This document shows, one piece after another, positions 23,529 to 31,823 of a DNA stretch of 64,000 nucleotides; position 1 is the first letter of the stretch, and each line of letters opens with the position of its first letter. The notes beneath the pieces are model-generated. The model was not told the DNA's origin. It did no database searches and was given only the letters and a program-made list of their open reading frames with translations. The position numbers and the translations under genes were made by a program. The stretch comes from an uncultured Alphaproteobacteria bacterium (GTDB lineage: Bacteria > Pseudomonadota > Alphaproteobacteria > Rhizobiales > Xanthobacteraceae): positions 8,780 through 72,779 of the forward strand of contig CAVUUO010000002.1 of the NCBI GenBank assembly GCA_963744675.1. The letters are read 5' to 3'.

Positions 23529-24194
23529 TCAGAAAACGAATGCCGGTGGCCGCTCCAGCCCGGGCAGAACCGGCACCGACGCGTCGAACAGCGTCCGGCA
23601 GCCAAAATCGGCATGGGAATGCGTGACGATCATCGCCCGCGGCGGCCGGCTCGTCGCGAAAACGCCGACCAGCCGTCCCCCATCCCGGAGTTGCCGGTAA
23701 AGCTGATTCGGAACGATCTCGGTCGCTCCGGCAAGCACAATCACGTCATAGGGCGCATCGGCTTCATCGCCCTCGCTCGCGGCGGCGATCCGCACGGTCA
23801 CATTGCCAAAGCCGAGCCTTGCCAGCACATCGACCGCTTTGGCGGCCAGCGCCGCGTCGCTCTCGGTAGCCCTCACGCGGTCCGCAAGTTTCGCCACCAC
23901 CGCGGCGGTATATCCGCATGGGCAACCGACCACCAACACGCTGTCCGTCTGCTCGATCTCGGCGGCTTGCAGCATTCTTGCGATCACCGCCGGCTTGGTC
24001 AGGAAACGCTTCGCGGTGCCGGCTTCGGTGACATCGAGGTCGAGGTCGAGATAGGCCAGCGCGCGCTGGCTTTCGGGGACGAACTCCTCGCGCGGCACAT
24101 CGAGCATGGCGTCGATTATCCGCAAGTCGGTGACGTCGCTGGGGCGCACCTGACCATCGACCATTTTCTGGCGCGCGGTCGAAAAATCGGACAT
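23529..24194 (-). CDS. pcm: Protein-L-isoaspartate O-methyltransferase family
   Basis: ARQKMVDGQVRP, VPREEFVP, SAM motif VLVVGCPCGY; pcm-tolC-popZ synteny. Confidence 0.88.
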   Translation of the reverse strand: MSDFSTARQKMVDGQVRPSDVTDLRIIDAMLDVPREEFVPESQRALAYLDLDLDVTEAGTAKRFLTKPAVIARMLQAAEIEQTDSVLVVGCPCGYTAAVVAKLADRVRATESDAALAAKAVDVLARLGFGNVTVRIAAASEGDEADAPYDVIVLAGATEIVPNQLYRQLRDGGRLVGVFATSRPPRAMIVTHSHADFGCRTLFDASVPVLPGLERPPAFVF

Positions 24195-24318
24195 CGGCGA
24201 TCCCTGCATCGGCTTGGAAGTCCCTCGGGCGAGGAACCAAGGCAGCCATCTTTGATGCAAGGTTTGCCAAAACGCAACATGCTGCGAAGGTAGTTGCGGA
24301 CCGCGCGCGATACGCCGG

Positions 24319-24492
24319 CTACTCGATCGGAACGGCCAGGCGTCCGATCAACCGTGCGACTTCGTCGAGTTGTCCGGCGTCATGCTCCTGGACCGCCCGC
24401 GCGAGACGGGCGAGACATTCCTCGTCGCTCATCGATGGCAGATAGCCTGGAACGATCGACGGTGTGGCGCGATCGAAATGAATGACAGGCAT
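24319..24492 (-). CDS. Small hypothetical protein (57 aa)
   Basis: ATG 24492 preceded by a strong GGAGGTGA RBS. Confidence 0.55.
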   Translation of the reverse strand: MPVIHFDRATPSIVPGYLPSMSDEECLARLARAVQEHDAGQLDEVARLIGRLAVPIE

Positions 24493-24698
24493 CAAATCAC
24501 CTCCAGAATCGAACCGGCGGAGGTCAGGCTGGTCCCGGAATAAGACGTTTTGGCGTCCGGTTCGTGACATGGAGCGGCTTTTTCAGCCGGCCCGCGATAG
24601 CCGAACCCTGCTCCGCGCGGCCAAAGACAGCAAATCACTGCGACGCAGCGGCCTTTCATCCCGCATCGACATCGCGCCGGATCGGCCTATTTCCCGCT

Positions 24699-24726
24699 TT
24701 GCAAGCCTTGGAGGCTTTGTTATACG
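24699..24726 (+). promoter_or_regulatory. Putative sigma70 promoter of tRNA-Asn
   Basis: TTGCAA-N16-TATACG, 30 nt upstream of the tRNA. Confidence 0.5.
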
Positions 24727-24756
24727 CTGCCCGTTGCGAAGACTGTTTCGCTCTGT

Positions 24757-24831
24757 TCCCTGGTAGCTCAGTGGTAGAGCAACCGGCTGTTAACCGGTTG
24801 GTCGCTGGTTCGAATCCGGCCCGGGGAGCCA
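24757..24831 (+). tRNA. tRNA-Asn(GTT)
   Basis: TCCCTGG acceptor stem, D-arm GCTCAGTGGTAGAGC, anticodon loop CTGTTAA, GGTTCGAATCC, encoded CCA. Confidence 0.97.
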
Positions 24832-24962
24832 AACCACATGCGGTCCGATTCTAGCTTCGGGCGTTTTCGTCAGGGCGGCTGTTTCAGCGATAAGACCACA
24901 AAACCGACTTCGATCCGTATAGTTCAGCAACCTGCCGGCTTGGCGCGACTTGCACGCAGCAG

Positions 24963-25934
24963 TCACGGCGCGCCGTTGATCAGACGGAACCAAGCCGCCC
25001 GGATTTCCGGAACCATCTTGTCCTGGAACGTCTTTTTGACTTCCTTCAGCATCGCTTCGTCGCGAAACTCCATTTCGGGAAGATAGGGCGGATCCTTCTG
25101 CCTGATGTGATCGTGCCAACTATTGTAGTCGATGAAAGGCAGCACATCCAAAAAGTTCTTTCGATCCGGCGCAGCCACGACGAAGAGGATGCGCTTCTCG
25201 CCGTCCGGCCCGGTGAATTGTGTTTTCACCCGATTCCATTCGAAAAAGCAGTAGTTCGTTCCGAGCGCGGGAGGCGGATCGAACATGATAGTCTGAACGA
25301 GTTGAACGAAAATCAGGCTGTTGTCACAGGCTTCCTGGAGTTTCTGCTCGGTCACCGCATTGTCGTACTGCGTGTGCGGGAAGTAAAAACCCTTGATGCG
25401 CGGCTGCGACAGCAATCGATGCACCGCCAATGCCAAAAGGTTCATCTTCTTGCGGTCGGCCTTGTTGTACTCGTCAACGGTGATTTCGGAGATGATGAAC
25501 TGCTGGTACGCGGTGTTGATGGGGTTGTCGCCGGCGACGCCGGCCGGATAGCGAGTTGTGAACGAAAGGAAATAGTCGAACTCCAGCTTGATCTTCTCCC
25601 AGGCATCGTCGAAATATTTCTGCTGCGCCGCGGTCCAACGGGGCTGGTAGCCGGCGACGATCAGTTCGTGGCACAGATCGCGCTGCTTGTCGTCGCCCCG
25701 GGTCTGGATCAGGAACTGTATTGCCTTTTGAACCGACTCCTGCTGCGTCATTTGCTTGTCGAGAACGGACTCGACCTTGGCCTTGGCGAGTTCGATCCGG
25801 TGCCGCTCCGCCAGGAAATTGCCGTCCTGCGCAAATCGCTTGCAAAGCCGCTTGAATGCCGCGAGGTTTTGCACGTCGGCGACCGGGTTACCGGCATAGA
25901 GGCTTATCAGTTCCTCACGATAGTCGCGTGGCAT
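24963..25934 (-). CDS. Atypical TIR-domain protein with N-terminal helical domain
   Basis: FDYFLSFT (betaA), IKGFYF, KLQEACDNSLIFVQLV, NYCFFEW (catalytic Glu position), ILFVV; start overlaps the ATPase end by 20 nt. Confidence 0.72.
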   Translation of the reverse strand: MPRDYREELISLYAGNPVADVQNLAAFKRLCKRFAQDGNFLAERHRIELAKAKVESVLDKQMTQQESVQKAIQFLIQTRGDDKQRDLCHELIVAGYQPRWTAAQQKYFDDAWEKIKLEFDYFLSFTTRYPAGVAGDNPINTAYQQFIISEITVDEYNKADRKKMNLLALAVHRLLSQPRIKGFYFPHTQYDNAVTEQKLQEACDNSLIFVQLVQTIMFDPPPALGTNYCFFEWNRVKTQFTGPDGEKRILFVVAAPDRKNFLDVLPFIDYNSWHDHIRQKDPPYLPEMEFRDEAMLKEVKKTFQDKMVPEIRAAWFRLINGAP

Positions 25935-27852
25935 CGTCCGTCTTTCCCTCCGGCTTGCCGCTACCCGTCTTGAGCCGCTCTATTTCGCTTTCCTTCTGCT
26001 TCAGCGTGGATTCCAGCCGTTCGATTGCGCCGTTCTTTTCCTTCAGGCTATATCGTAGCCGTTCCACCTCATCGTCCAGCATCGCAAATTGAGTTTCATC
26101 GCGCGCCGACTTGAGGCGCTGTTCGCGCGCCTCCTTGGCGCGGCCGACAAGCCTCGTCTCGCGCAACAGTTGATTTAGCGTCTCCTGTTCATCCGCCGAG
26201 CGCTTCCGTTTCTTTTGCAGTCGCTCGATCGTGCGTTCGCGTTCTTCCTGGCCGTTCGAGCCCTTGGCGGTGAATTCCAGATAAAGCCTGTCGACATCCT
26301 CGATCTCGAACACGCGCTCGTAGAGCTCCTGGGCATTGGCGCCGAGGAAATCCTCCTGCAGCGTATCGACATAGAATTTTCCCCGGTCCGGCCGCCTGCG
26401 CAGCACCGAGACCTCACCCTGGTCGCAGCCGGCCACGATGACCGGACTGTGCGCCGACACGATGAACTGCACGTTGGGAAACCGGCGCGTCAGCATCCTC
26501 AGGATTTTCTGCTGCCAACTCGGGTGCAGATGCGCATCTATCTCGTCGATCAGCACGATCGCGCTTCCGCTCGACACCTTGTCTTCGCTCAACTCCGGCC
26601 ACAGCGAATGCAGGAAACTGTAGATCAATCCGAAGATCGCGACGATCGACAGCGTTCCCTGCGAGGCGGCCTGGATCGGGATCGCGGCATTCTGCGTGCC
26701 GCCCGAGCGGACCAGAATTTCGAAGCCGCTGGTTCCCACCCGCTGGATATCCACGAAACGAAATTCATTGTCTTCGGTCAACTCGCCGACGACCTCTTCC
26801 ACCAGGCGAAAAATCTGACGGTCGAATTTTGTCGCTCCCTTGATTCCGCCGGGTTCGAGATAGTCGAGACACAACTGCGTCAGCAGATCCTGCACGACGT
26901 TTTCAAACGGCTCCTGCGTCAGGTAATTCCGGGCCCCGCCCCTGGCCAGCGGCTCGCTGGTCGATGCGGCGCCGGACACGGCGCGGCGCGTGCGATTGAG
27001 AAACCGGGAATCGGGAATTGCCAGCATCGGAATCTTGCCGACCGGCTGGATGCCGGCATCCTCGAAATAGGTGGCGTCGCGGACGATCGCCTCGGTGTCG
27101 CCGTCGCGCGTCACCTCGACCCTCATTCGCGAGGGCGACCCGGAGCTTGTATCCGGCGACGGCCTGTCCGCGCTTGGGAATAGCAGTCCGCTGTAGTCTC
27201 CGTCCCTTTGCAGCATGGCGGTAAGACTGCGAAACAGCAGCGTCTTGCCGTATCCGTTCTTGCCGAGCAAAACGTTGACCCGCGGCGCGAAGCGGTAGCC
27301 GCCGTCTTCGAACAGCGAAACGCCGCGCCATTCGAATGCCTTGAGATTGAACTCGTAGTCCAGGTTGCGCTGAAACAGGCGCTCCTCCAGCAACACGCGT
27401 TCCGAACGGATACGTTCGATATCGCGAAACGTCGGATCTCTGGATCTCTGCAAATCGGCCTGGGATACGGCGCGCAAGCGCACCTGCATGACGACCCTGA
27501 GGCCGAGGAAAGCCATTACCAGCAGGAGCAATCCCACGGCGATGCTGGTGAAGCCGATCCACCGAAGATGTACAGCACTGGAGACGTCTTGATCCAGCAG
27601 GCCGTCAATGACCAGAAATACCGCACCCACTATAATATAGATCGGGAAAAAACCTGCCATGCGCAGGTAAGTCCGATAGCCCGGTTCGCTTGCGATCTGT
27701 TCTTCGGAAAGGTCCTTCAAACCCGGGAGAAAAGGTGACAACAGCCCTCGGCCGAACTCGGACAAAGTCGCTTCGATTTTCCCGTACAGCGATCCTGTTT
27801 GCGCGACCGGCGATGGCGGCTCCTCAGCTGGCGGTTGGTTCAATGCGGCCAT
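25915..27852 (-). CDS. 2-TM membrane-anchored ABC/AAA_21-type (PtuA-like) ATPase with C-terminal coiled coil
   Basis: Two hydrophobic helices (~aa 64-121), Walker A LLGKNGYGKT, signature ASQG, Walker B/D-loop IVLIDEIDAHLHP, H-loop QFIVSAHSP, charged heptad-rich tail. Confidence 0.85.
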   Translation of the reverse strand: MAALNQPPAEEPPSPVAQTGSLYGKIEATLSEFGRGLLSPFLPGLKDLSEEQIASEPGYRTYLRMAGFFPIYIIVGAVFLVIDGLLDQDVSSAVHLRWIGFTSIAVGLLLLVMAFLGLRVVMQVRLRAVSQADLQRSRDPTFRDIERIRSERVLLEERLFQRNLDYEFNLKAFEWRGVSLFEDGGYRFAPRVNVLLGKNGYGKTLLFRSLTAMLQRDGDYSGLLFPSADRPSPDTSSGSPSRMRVEVTRDGDTEAIVRDATYFEDAGIQPVGKIPMLAIPDSRFLNRTRRAVSGAASTSEPLARGGARNYLTQEPFENVVQDLLTQLCLDYLEPGGIKGATKFDRQIFRLVEEVVGELTEDNEFRFVDIQRVGTSGFEILVRSGGTQNAAIPIQAASQGTLSIVAIFGLIYSFLHSLWPELSEDKVSSGSAIVLIDEIDAHLHPSWQQKILRMLTRRFPNVQFIVSAHSPVIVAGCDQGEVSVLRRRPDRGKFYVDTLQEDFLGANAQELYERVFEIEDVDRLYLEFTAKGSNGQEERERTIERLQKKRKRSADEQETLNQLLRETRLVGRAKEAREQRLKSARDETQFAMLDDEVERLRYSLKEKNGAIERLESTLKQKESEIERLKTGSGKPEGKTDDATRLS

Positions 27853-27871
27853 GACCGATATCTCTCGATGT

Positions 27872-28681
27872 TCAGCGGGACGAAGCCGGCAGCGTATCCA
27901 GTAACCACTGCGTCATCGCGGCATAAGGTTCGAAGGGAATTCCTTTCGGTAGATTATCGCCGAACTTCGCCCACCAGGCGTCCTCGACGTCAAGAATATC
28001 ACCGTTTCGCAACGCCTCCAGCAATGTTTCAAGGACATTGAAATCGGGCGGCCTTCCCGGCCACAACCGGTTGCCCGTCACGTCCGGATCGAGCAGGCGG
28101 GCCGCGGCCCCTCCGCCGCTCTTGAACAGATAGATTCTCGGCAGCTGCTGGAATTCCCAGTTGCTGCGATTACGGAGAAACACGAATGCCTCATCGCGCA
28201 CCCCTTCCATCCCGCCGATGGCGATCATCGCCTTCGGCGGCCTTAAGCAATTGCGGTCGATGATCTGCCGCTGCGTGGCCGGTCCGAACAGCATGAGATC
28301 GCGCATCAGCTTCAGACTGGGGCCGGGATCCTCCTTCGCGTCTGTCCGGAAATCAGGGGGAGTCCATTCGATCGCGGACCAGCCCATCCTCACCATCTCG
28401 GTGGTTTCATCCGGCAACCGGCCGGCGAAGAAACGCGACTGAAACGTGACTACCGGTCGAACGCGTCGGTCCGGATCGGCGGCAAAGTACTCCCCGGCAA
28501 CCGCCGCAACCAGCGGCGATACACTGGGATGGCCGCCGAACAGCAGGCGTCCCCTGCGCGCAAATACCGCCCTGGCGACGCTGACAATGGCTTCTTCGAT
28601 CTCGGTGGGTCTGGCGTCCTCGATCCAGCCCTGTCGGACCGGGACGCTGGCCGAAAGAAAAATCACATCGCCTTCGTTCAT
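27872..28681 (-). CDS. Stand-alone SLOG-superfamily protein (LD_cluster3-like)
   Basis: IFLSASVP, LLFGGHPSVSPLV, FQSRFF, SLKLMR, AIGGMEGVRDE, SGGGAA; ATG overlaps the upstream TIR stop (ATGA). Confidence 0.85.
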   Translation of the reverse strand: MNEGDVIFLSASVPVRQGWIEDARPTEIEEAIVSVARAVFARRGRLLFGGHPSVSPLVAAVAGEYFAADPDRRVRPVVTFQSRFFAGRLPDETTEMVRMGWSAIEWTPPDFRTDAKEDPGPSLKLMRDLMLFGPATQRQIIDRNCLRPPKAMIAIGGMEGVRDEAFVFLRNRSNWEFQQLPRIYLFKSGGGAAARLLDPDVTGNRLWPGRPPDFNVLETLLEALRNGDILDVEDAWWAKFGDNLPKGIPFEPYAAMTQWLLDTLPASSR

Positions 28682-30018
28682 GGCCAATCCCTGGTGGCCA
28701 GCCGGTGGGCGAAATCCCGCAGATTGCCTTCGTCAAACGACGGGCACCGGCTCACCTCGCGCAGCCATTGAAGCTGGTCTATCCGATCCGGTTCAAGGGC
28801 GGCCTGCGGCCCGACGATAATGCCGCGCGAGTCCGGCGTGGGGCTTGGCCGCGCGCAATGCGCACCGTACACCGACCGGAAATCTTCCACTTCCGGAGGG
28901 CGGGTCGTCAGCCAAACGACGTGCTCGTCCGATCCGCAAACGACTTTCAAGGGTCCCACGGCGCAATACTGAGCGTTCACCCCGTGCTCCGCATTGAGCG
29001 CCGCCACAACGTCGCCCCTCAGGCGGTAGCGCCGTTGGAACAGCGCCGCGGCATGCGCCACCTTGATCCTGCCGATGACGCGGTCGAGTGCCTCGACCTT
29101 CAGCGCCGGCCATTGGTCGACGTTTTCAATCGGATCGTGCACCGCCGGTCCGACGAAGTGCTCCACTTCCAGATTCTCGCGCGCGCCGGGGAAAATCGAG
29201 GCCAACAGGGCATCCCCCTTCACATCGGGCATCCGCAACGACAGCATGCCCAAGCGGTTGCGTTTGGCAAAATCTATCTCATGCTGAGTCCACTTGGAGT
29301 CCTTGAGCAGCTTGGATTCCAGCAAGACGACCATGGACTTGTCTTCGAGCTCCTGGTGCAGCCTGCGCTGGAAATCATATCCCGGCGGAATCGAGAAGCG
29401 ATCGAGGAACACATCGAAACCTTCATGAACCAGCCGGTCGAACAATTGGAGCGCGACGGGCAGGGTCTCCAGTCTCCGGTAGCTGATGAAAATCCGGCTG
29501 ACGTTTGAGGTTATCTCGGCGCGCGCGAGGATCGATGGAAGCGTTTCCACGATCGAATGCGTCCAGCTGCCGGCGTTGACACGGCGAAGCAGATGCGTGT
29601 CTCCGATGCTGGGATCGAACTGATCTTCGTATTTGCCGGGCGGCCGCACCAACATCACATAGGATTGGTCCCGGTCCGACTCCCAGGTTCCGTACCAGGG
29701 CTGGTCGGCAAACCTCCAATCGTTACTCCCGATCAGTATCAGAACTTTGAGCCGCTCCGGCTGGTCCGATGGCTTGATGTCGGCGGGCGCCGCGTAGCAG
29801 TCGATATCCGCAACCGTTGCCTGGGGGCTCGATCCGAGCAATACCGCTTCCAATTCCGCGGCAAGTTCGCCAACAAGCTTGCGGCCCGCGTCCGAGCCCG
29901 ACGCTACGATCGAAATCCAGCTACGCCGCGCCGCTGGAACTCCCGAGAATGCCCGGCATCGGAAGCGGCCTTCCGCCATCTCCGTCTGTAGAACGATTTC
30001 ATGCGCCGCATCGGCCAC
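28678..30018 (-). CDS. TIR_2-domain protein with extra N- and C-terminal alpha/beta domains
   Basis: RIFISYRR, GFDVFLDRFSIPPG, MVVLLES, SKWTQHEIDFA (catalytic Glu); GTG 30018 follows a GGAGG RBS. Confidence 0.9.
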   Translation of the reverse strand: MADAAHEIVLQTEMAEGRFRCRAFSGVPAARRSWISIVASGSDAGRKLVGELAAELEAVLLGSSPQATVADIDCYAAPADIKPSDQPERLKVLILIGSNDWRFADQPWYGTWESDRDQSYVMLVRPPGKYEDQFDPSIGDTHLLRRVNAGSWTHSIVETLPSILARAEITSNVSRIFISYRRLETLPVALQLFDRLVHEGFDVFLDRFSIPPGYDFQRRLHQELEDKSMVVLLESKLLKDSKWTQHEIDFAKRNRLGMLSLRMPDVKGDALLASIFPGARENLEVEHFVGPAVHDPIENVDQWPALKVEALDRVIGRIKVAHAAALFQRRYRLRGDVVAALNAEHGVNAQYCAVGPLKVVCGSDEHVVWLTTRPPEVEDFRSVYGAHCARPSPTPDSRGIIVGPQAALEPDRIDQLQWLREVSRCPSFDEGNLRDFAHRLATRDWP

Positions 30019-30215
30019 GTCGCGCGTCCTCCAAAACGCAGCCGATGACAAACGGTCATGGCCGGCTAGAAAGCTCTGGTTGAATATCCCGTATCATGCC
30101 ACCGTTGAAATGGCGATGAATTCCACTGGCAACTAGCGCCTCTGGGGTCCGTGGACGTGTTCGAGAATTCGTTGCGTTCCACCGCATGAGGCCCTGCGAA
30201 TTTCACCGGTTGCCC

Positions 30216-31823
30216 CTATCCAATGTCGAGCTCCACCCAGCGCCCGTTCTGGGTGTCGTGCCGCAGAGCTTTGATAGCACCCGAGGCCGTACCGAAGCCT
30301 GGTTGCCCGGCCGCCTGCTTGAGCCATCCATCATCGGCGCAAATGACACGATCGTGAGCTCTCTTCTTGAGAGCTTCGAGCAATGGCCCGAACGGCATCT
30401 CTCCCCAGCCAACATTTTGCGCGTCTTTCCGGTTGGTCGGGATGAATGCGCTTAGGTCGGGACTGTTCATGAGCTCGAGCCCGTTCTGTTTCAGCGTGGC
30501 ATTGTGACTGCCGTGGTGGCCGACTTTATAGAACACCGTGCGCCCGACCAGATCGTAAGCCGAAACCGTCTTGTTTTCGATCGTCCATTGCAGGTCCTTC
30601 CAGCTGAGCCAGTTGCCGGCCTGTGCATCGCCGACGAACAGCATGACGCGATTGGTGTCGAGGAACTCGAACGCCAGCACGAGGCTCGAATTGTTGGTCC
30701 GCTTGTCGATTTGGATTGCGAGATCGGCGCTCACGCCGAGCCAATCATTGTCGATACGGCGCCAGGCCGCGCTTTTGTCGACATAGCAGTCCTGGATCAA
30801 TTTGGCGGTGCGGGCGCGGAGGACCAGGTCCGTTTCCTCGTCCTCGGTGGCGGCTCGCGGCGGTGAAGTTCCGCTGCCCGGCGCGTTCAAAAGCTCTGAG
30901 AGGACGGAACCTTCATTGGGATCGAATGGCGCCGTCTCATCGTCCCACAGGTGGCCGTAACCCTCGCTCACATTGAAGGAATTGTTCAGGGCGCTGACTA
31001 CCGGGGCCATCGAAAATCCGCTTATTCCGTACATCCCGCTCGCACGGTCGCCGGCCTGCAGCATCGCCTTGTCACGCGGCGGTCCGAGAACATAGACGCG
31101 TATGTTAGGCGCGACCGTCAATTCGAACGGCGCGGTGCTCGGCTCCAGGAACTTGACCGGGTTCTGTGACAACGCGATCGCGGCGTTGCGTGCCGACCTG
31201 ACCTTCTCGCCCTGTGCGCCGAAATTGAACCCAAGCACCGCCTGCAGCCCCTTCTGGACGCCGGCAAGATGGGGGGTGAGATCTCGCATTCCGTCCAGCC
31301 TTTGGCTTGCTCCCTGCAACGCCTTCAGCGCCTCGCCCTTGAACTTATCGAGTTCGCGCGCCTGCGGGTCCGCGGCGTTTTCGGTCCAGCCCAGCCAGAT
31401 CTCGCCGACCTCGAATTCCTTGAATTTGTCCAGCGCCGAGAAAAACCCGGAGTTGTGATCCCAGTGCTCATGGGTCAGCACGATCACGTCCAGCCGCTTG
31501 CCGGTCTGCAATGCAATATCGTCGACGATGGCCCTGATTGTTTCCGTGCCGCCGGGAACGGAACTATGGACCCCGCAGTCGATCAGCATCCAGAAAAAGC
31601 CGCCCTCGGACTTGTCGAAACGCAGCAGATGGCAGTCGCCAATACCCTGGCAATAGAACCTGATGCGAACGGTAGCGGTTGCGGCGCCTGCAACCGCCTC
31701 GCGCAACACTGCGGCCGGCTGCGGCGCACCGCTCTGCGGGCCTGCGGGCGGGGTCGAACCGCTTCGGCGCGGCGTACTGCGCTTGCGTGATGACGCCCGC
31801 TTCGACGTTGTCTGCTTAGCCAT
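30216..31823 (-). CDS. ComEC/Rec2-like MBL-fold metallohydrolase (cytoplasmic)
   Basis: GIGDCHLL, LIDCG, THEHWDH, NNSSLVL, FVGDAQ, KVGHHGSHNAT; start overlaps the protease stop by 8 nt. Confidence 0.9.
   Translation of the reverse strand: MAKQTTSKRASSRKRSTPRRSGSTPPAGPQSGAPQPAAVLREAVAGAATATVRIRFYCQGIGDCHLLRFDKSEGGFFWMLIDCGVHSSVPGGTETIRAIVDDIALQTGKRLDVIVLTHEHWDHNSGFFSALDKFKEFEVGEIWLGWTENAADPQARELDKFKGEALKALQGASQRLDGMRDLTPHLAGVQKGLQAVLGFNFGAQGEKVRSARNAAIALSQNPVKFLEPSTAPFELTVAPNIRVYVLGPPRDKAMLQAGDRASGMYGISGFSMAPVVSALNNSFNVSEGYGHLWDDETAPFDPNEGSVLSELLNAPGSGTSPPRAATEDEETDLVLRARTAKLIQDCYVDKSAAWRRIDNDWLGVSADLAIQIDKRTNNSSLVLAFEFLDTNRVMLFVGDAQAGNWLSWKDLQWTIENKTVSAYDLVGRTVFYKVGHHGSHNATLKQNGLELMNSPDLSAFIPTNRKDAQNVGWGEMPFGPLLEALKKRAHDRVICADDGWLKQAAGQPGFGTASGAIKALRHDTQNGRWVELDIG

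Noticed and set aside
25915-30215. Retron or canonical Septu/Thoeris type I assignment
   Set aside because: No reverse transcriptase, msr-msd-like inverted repeats, HNH nuclease or SIR2 domain is visible.
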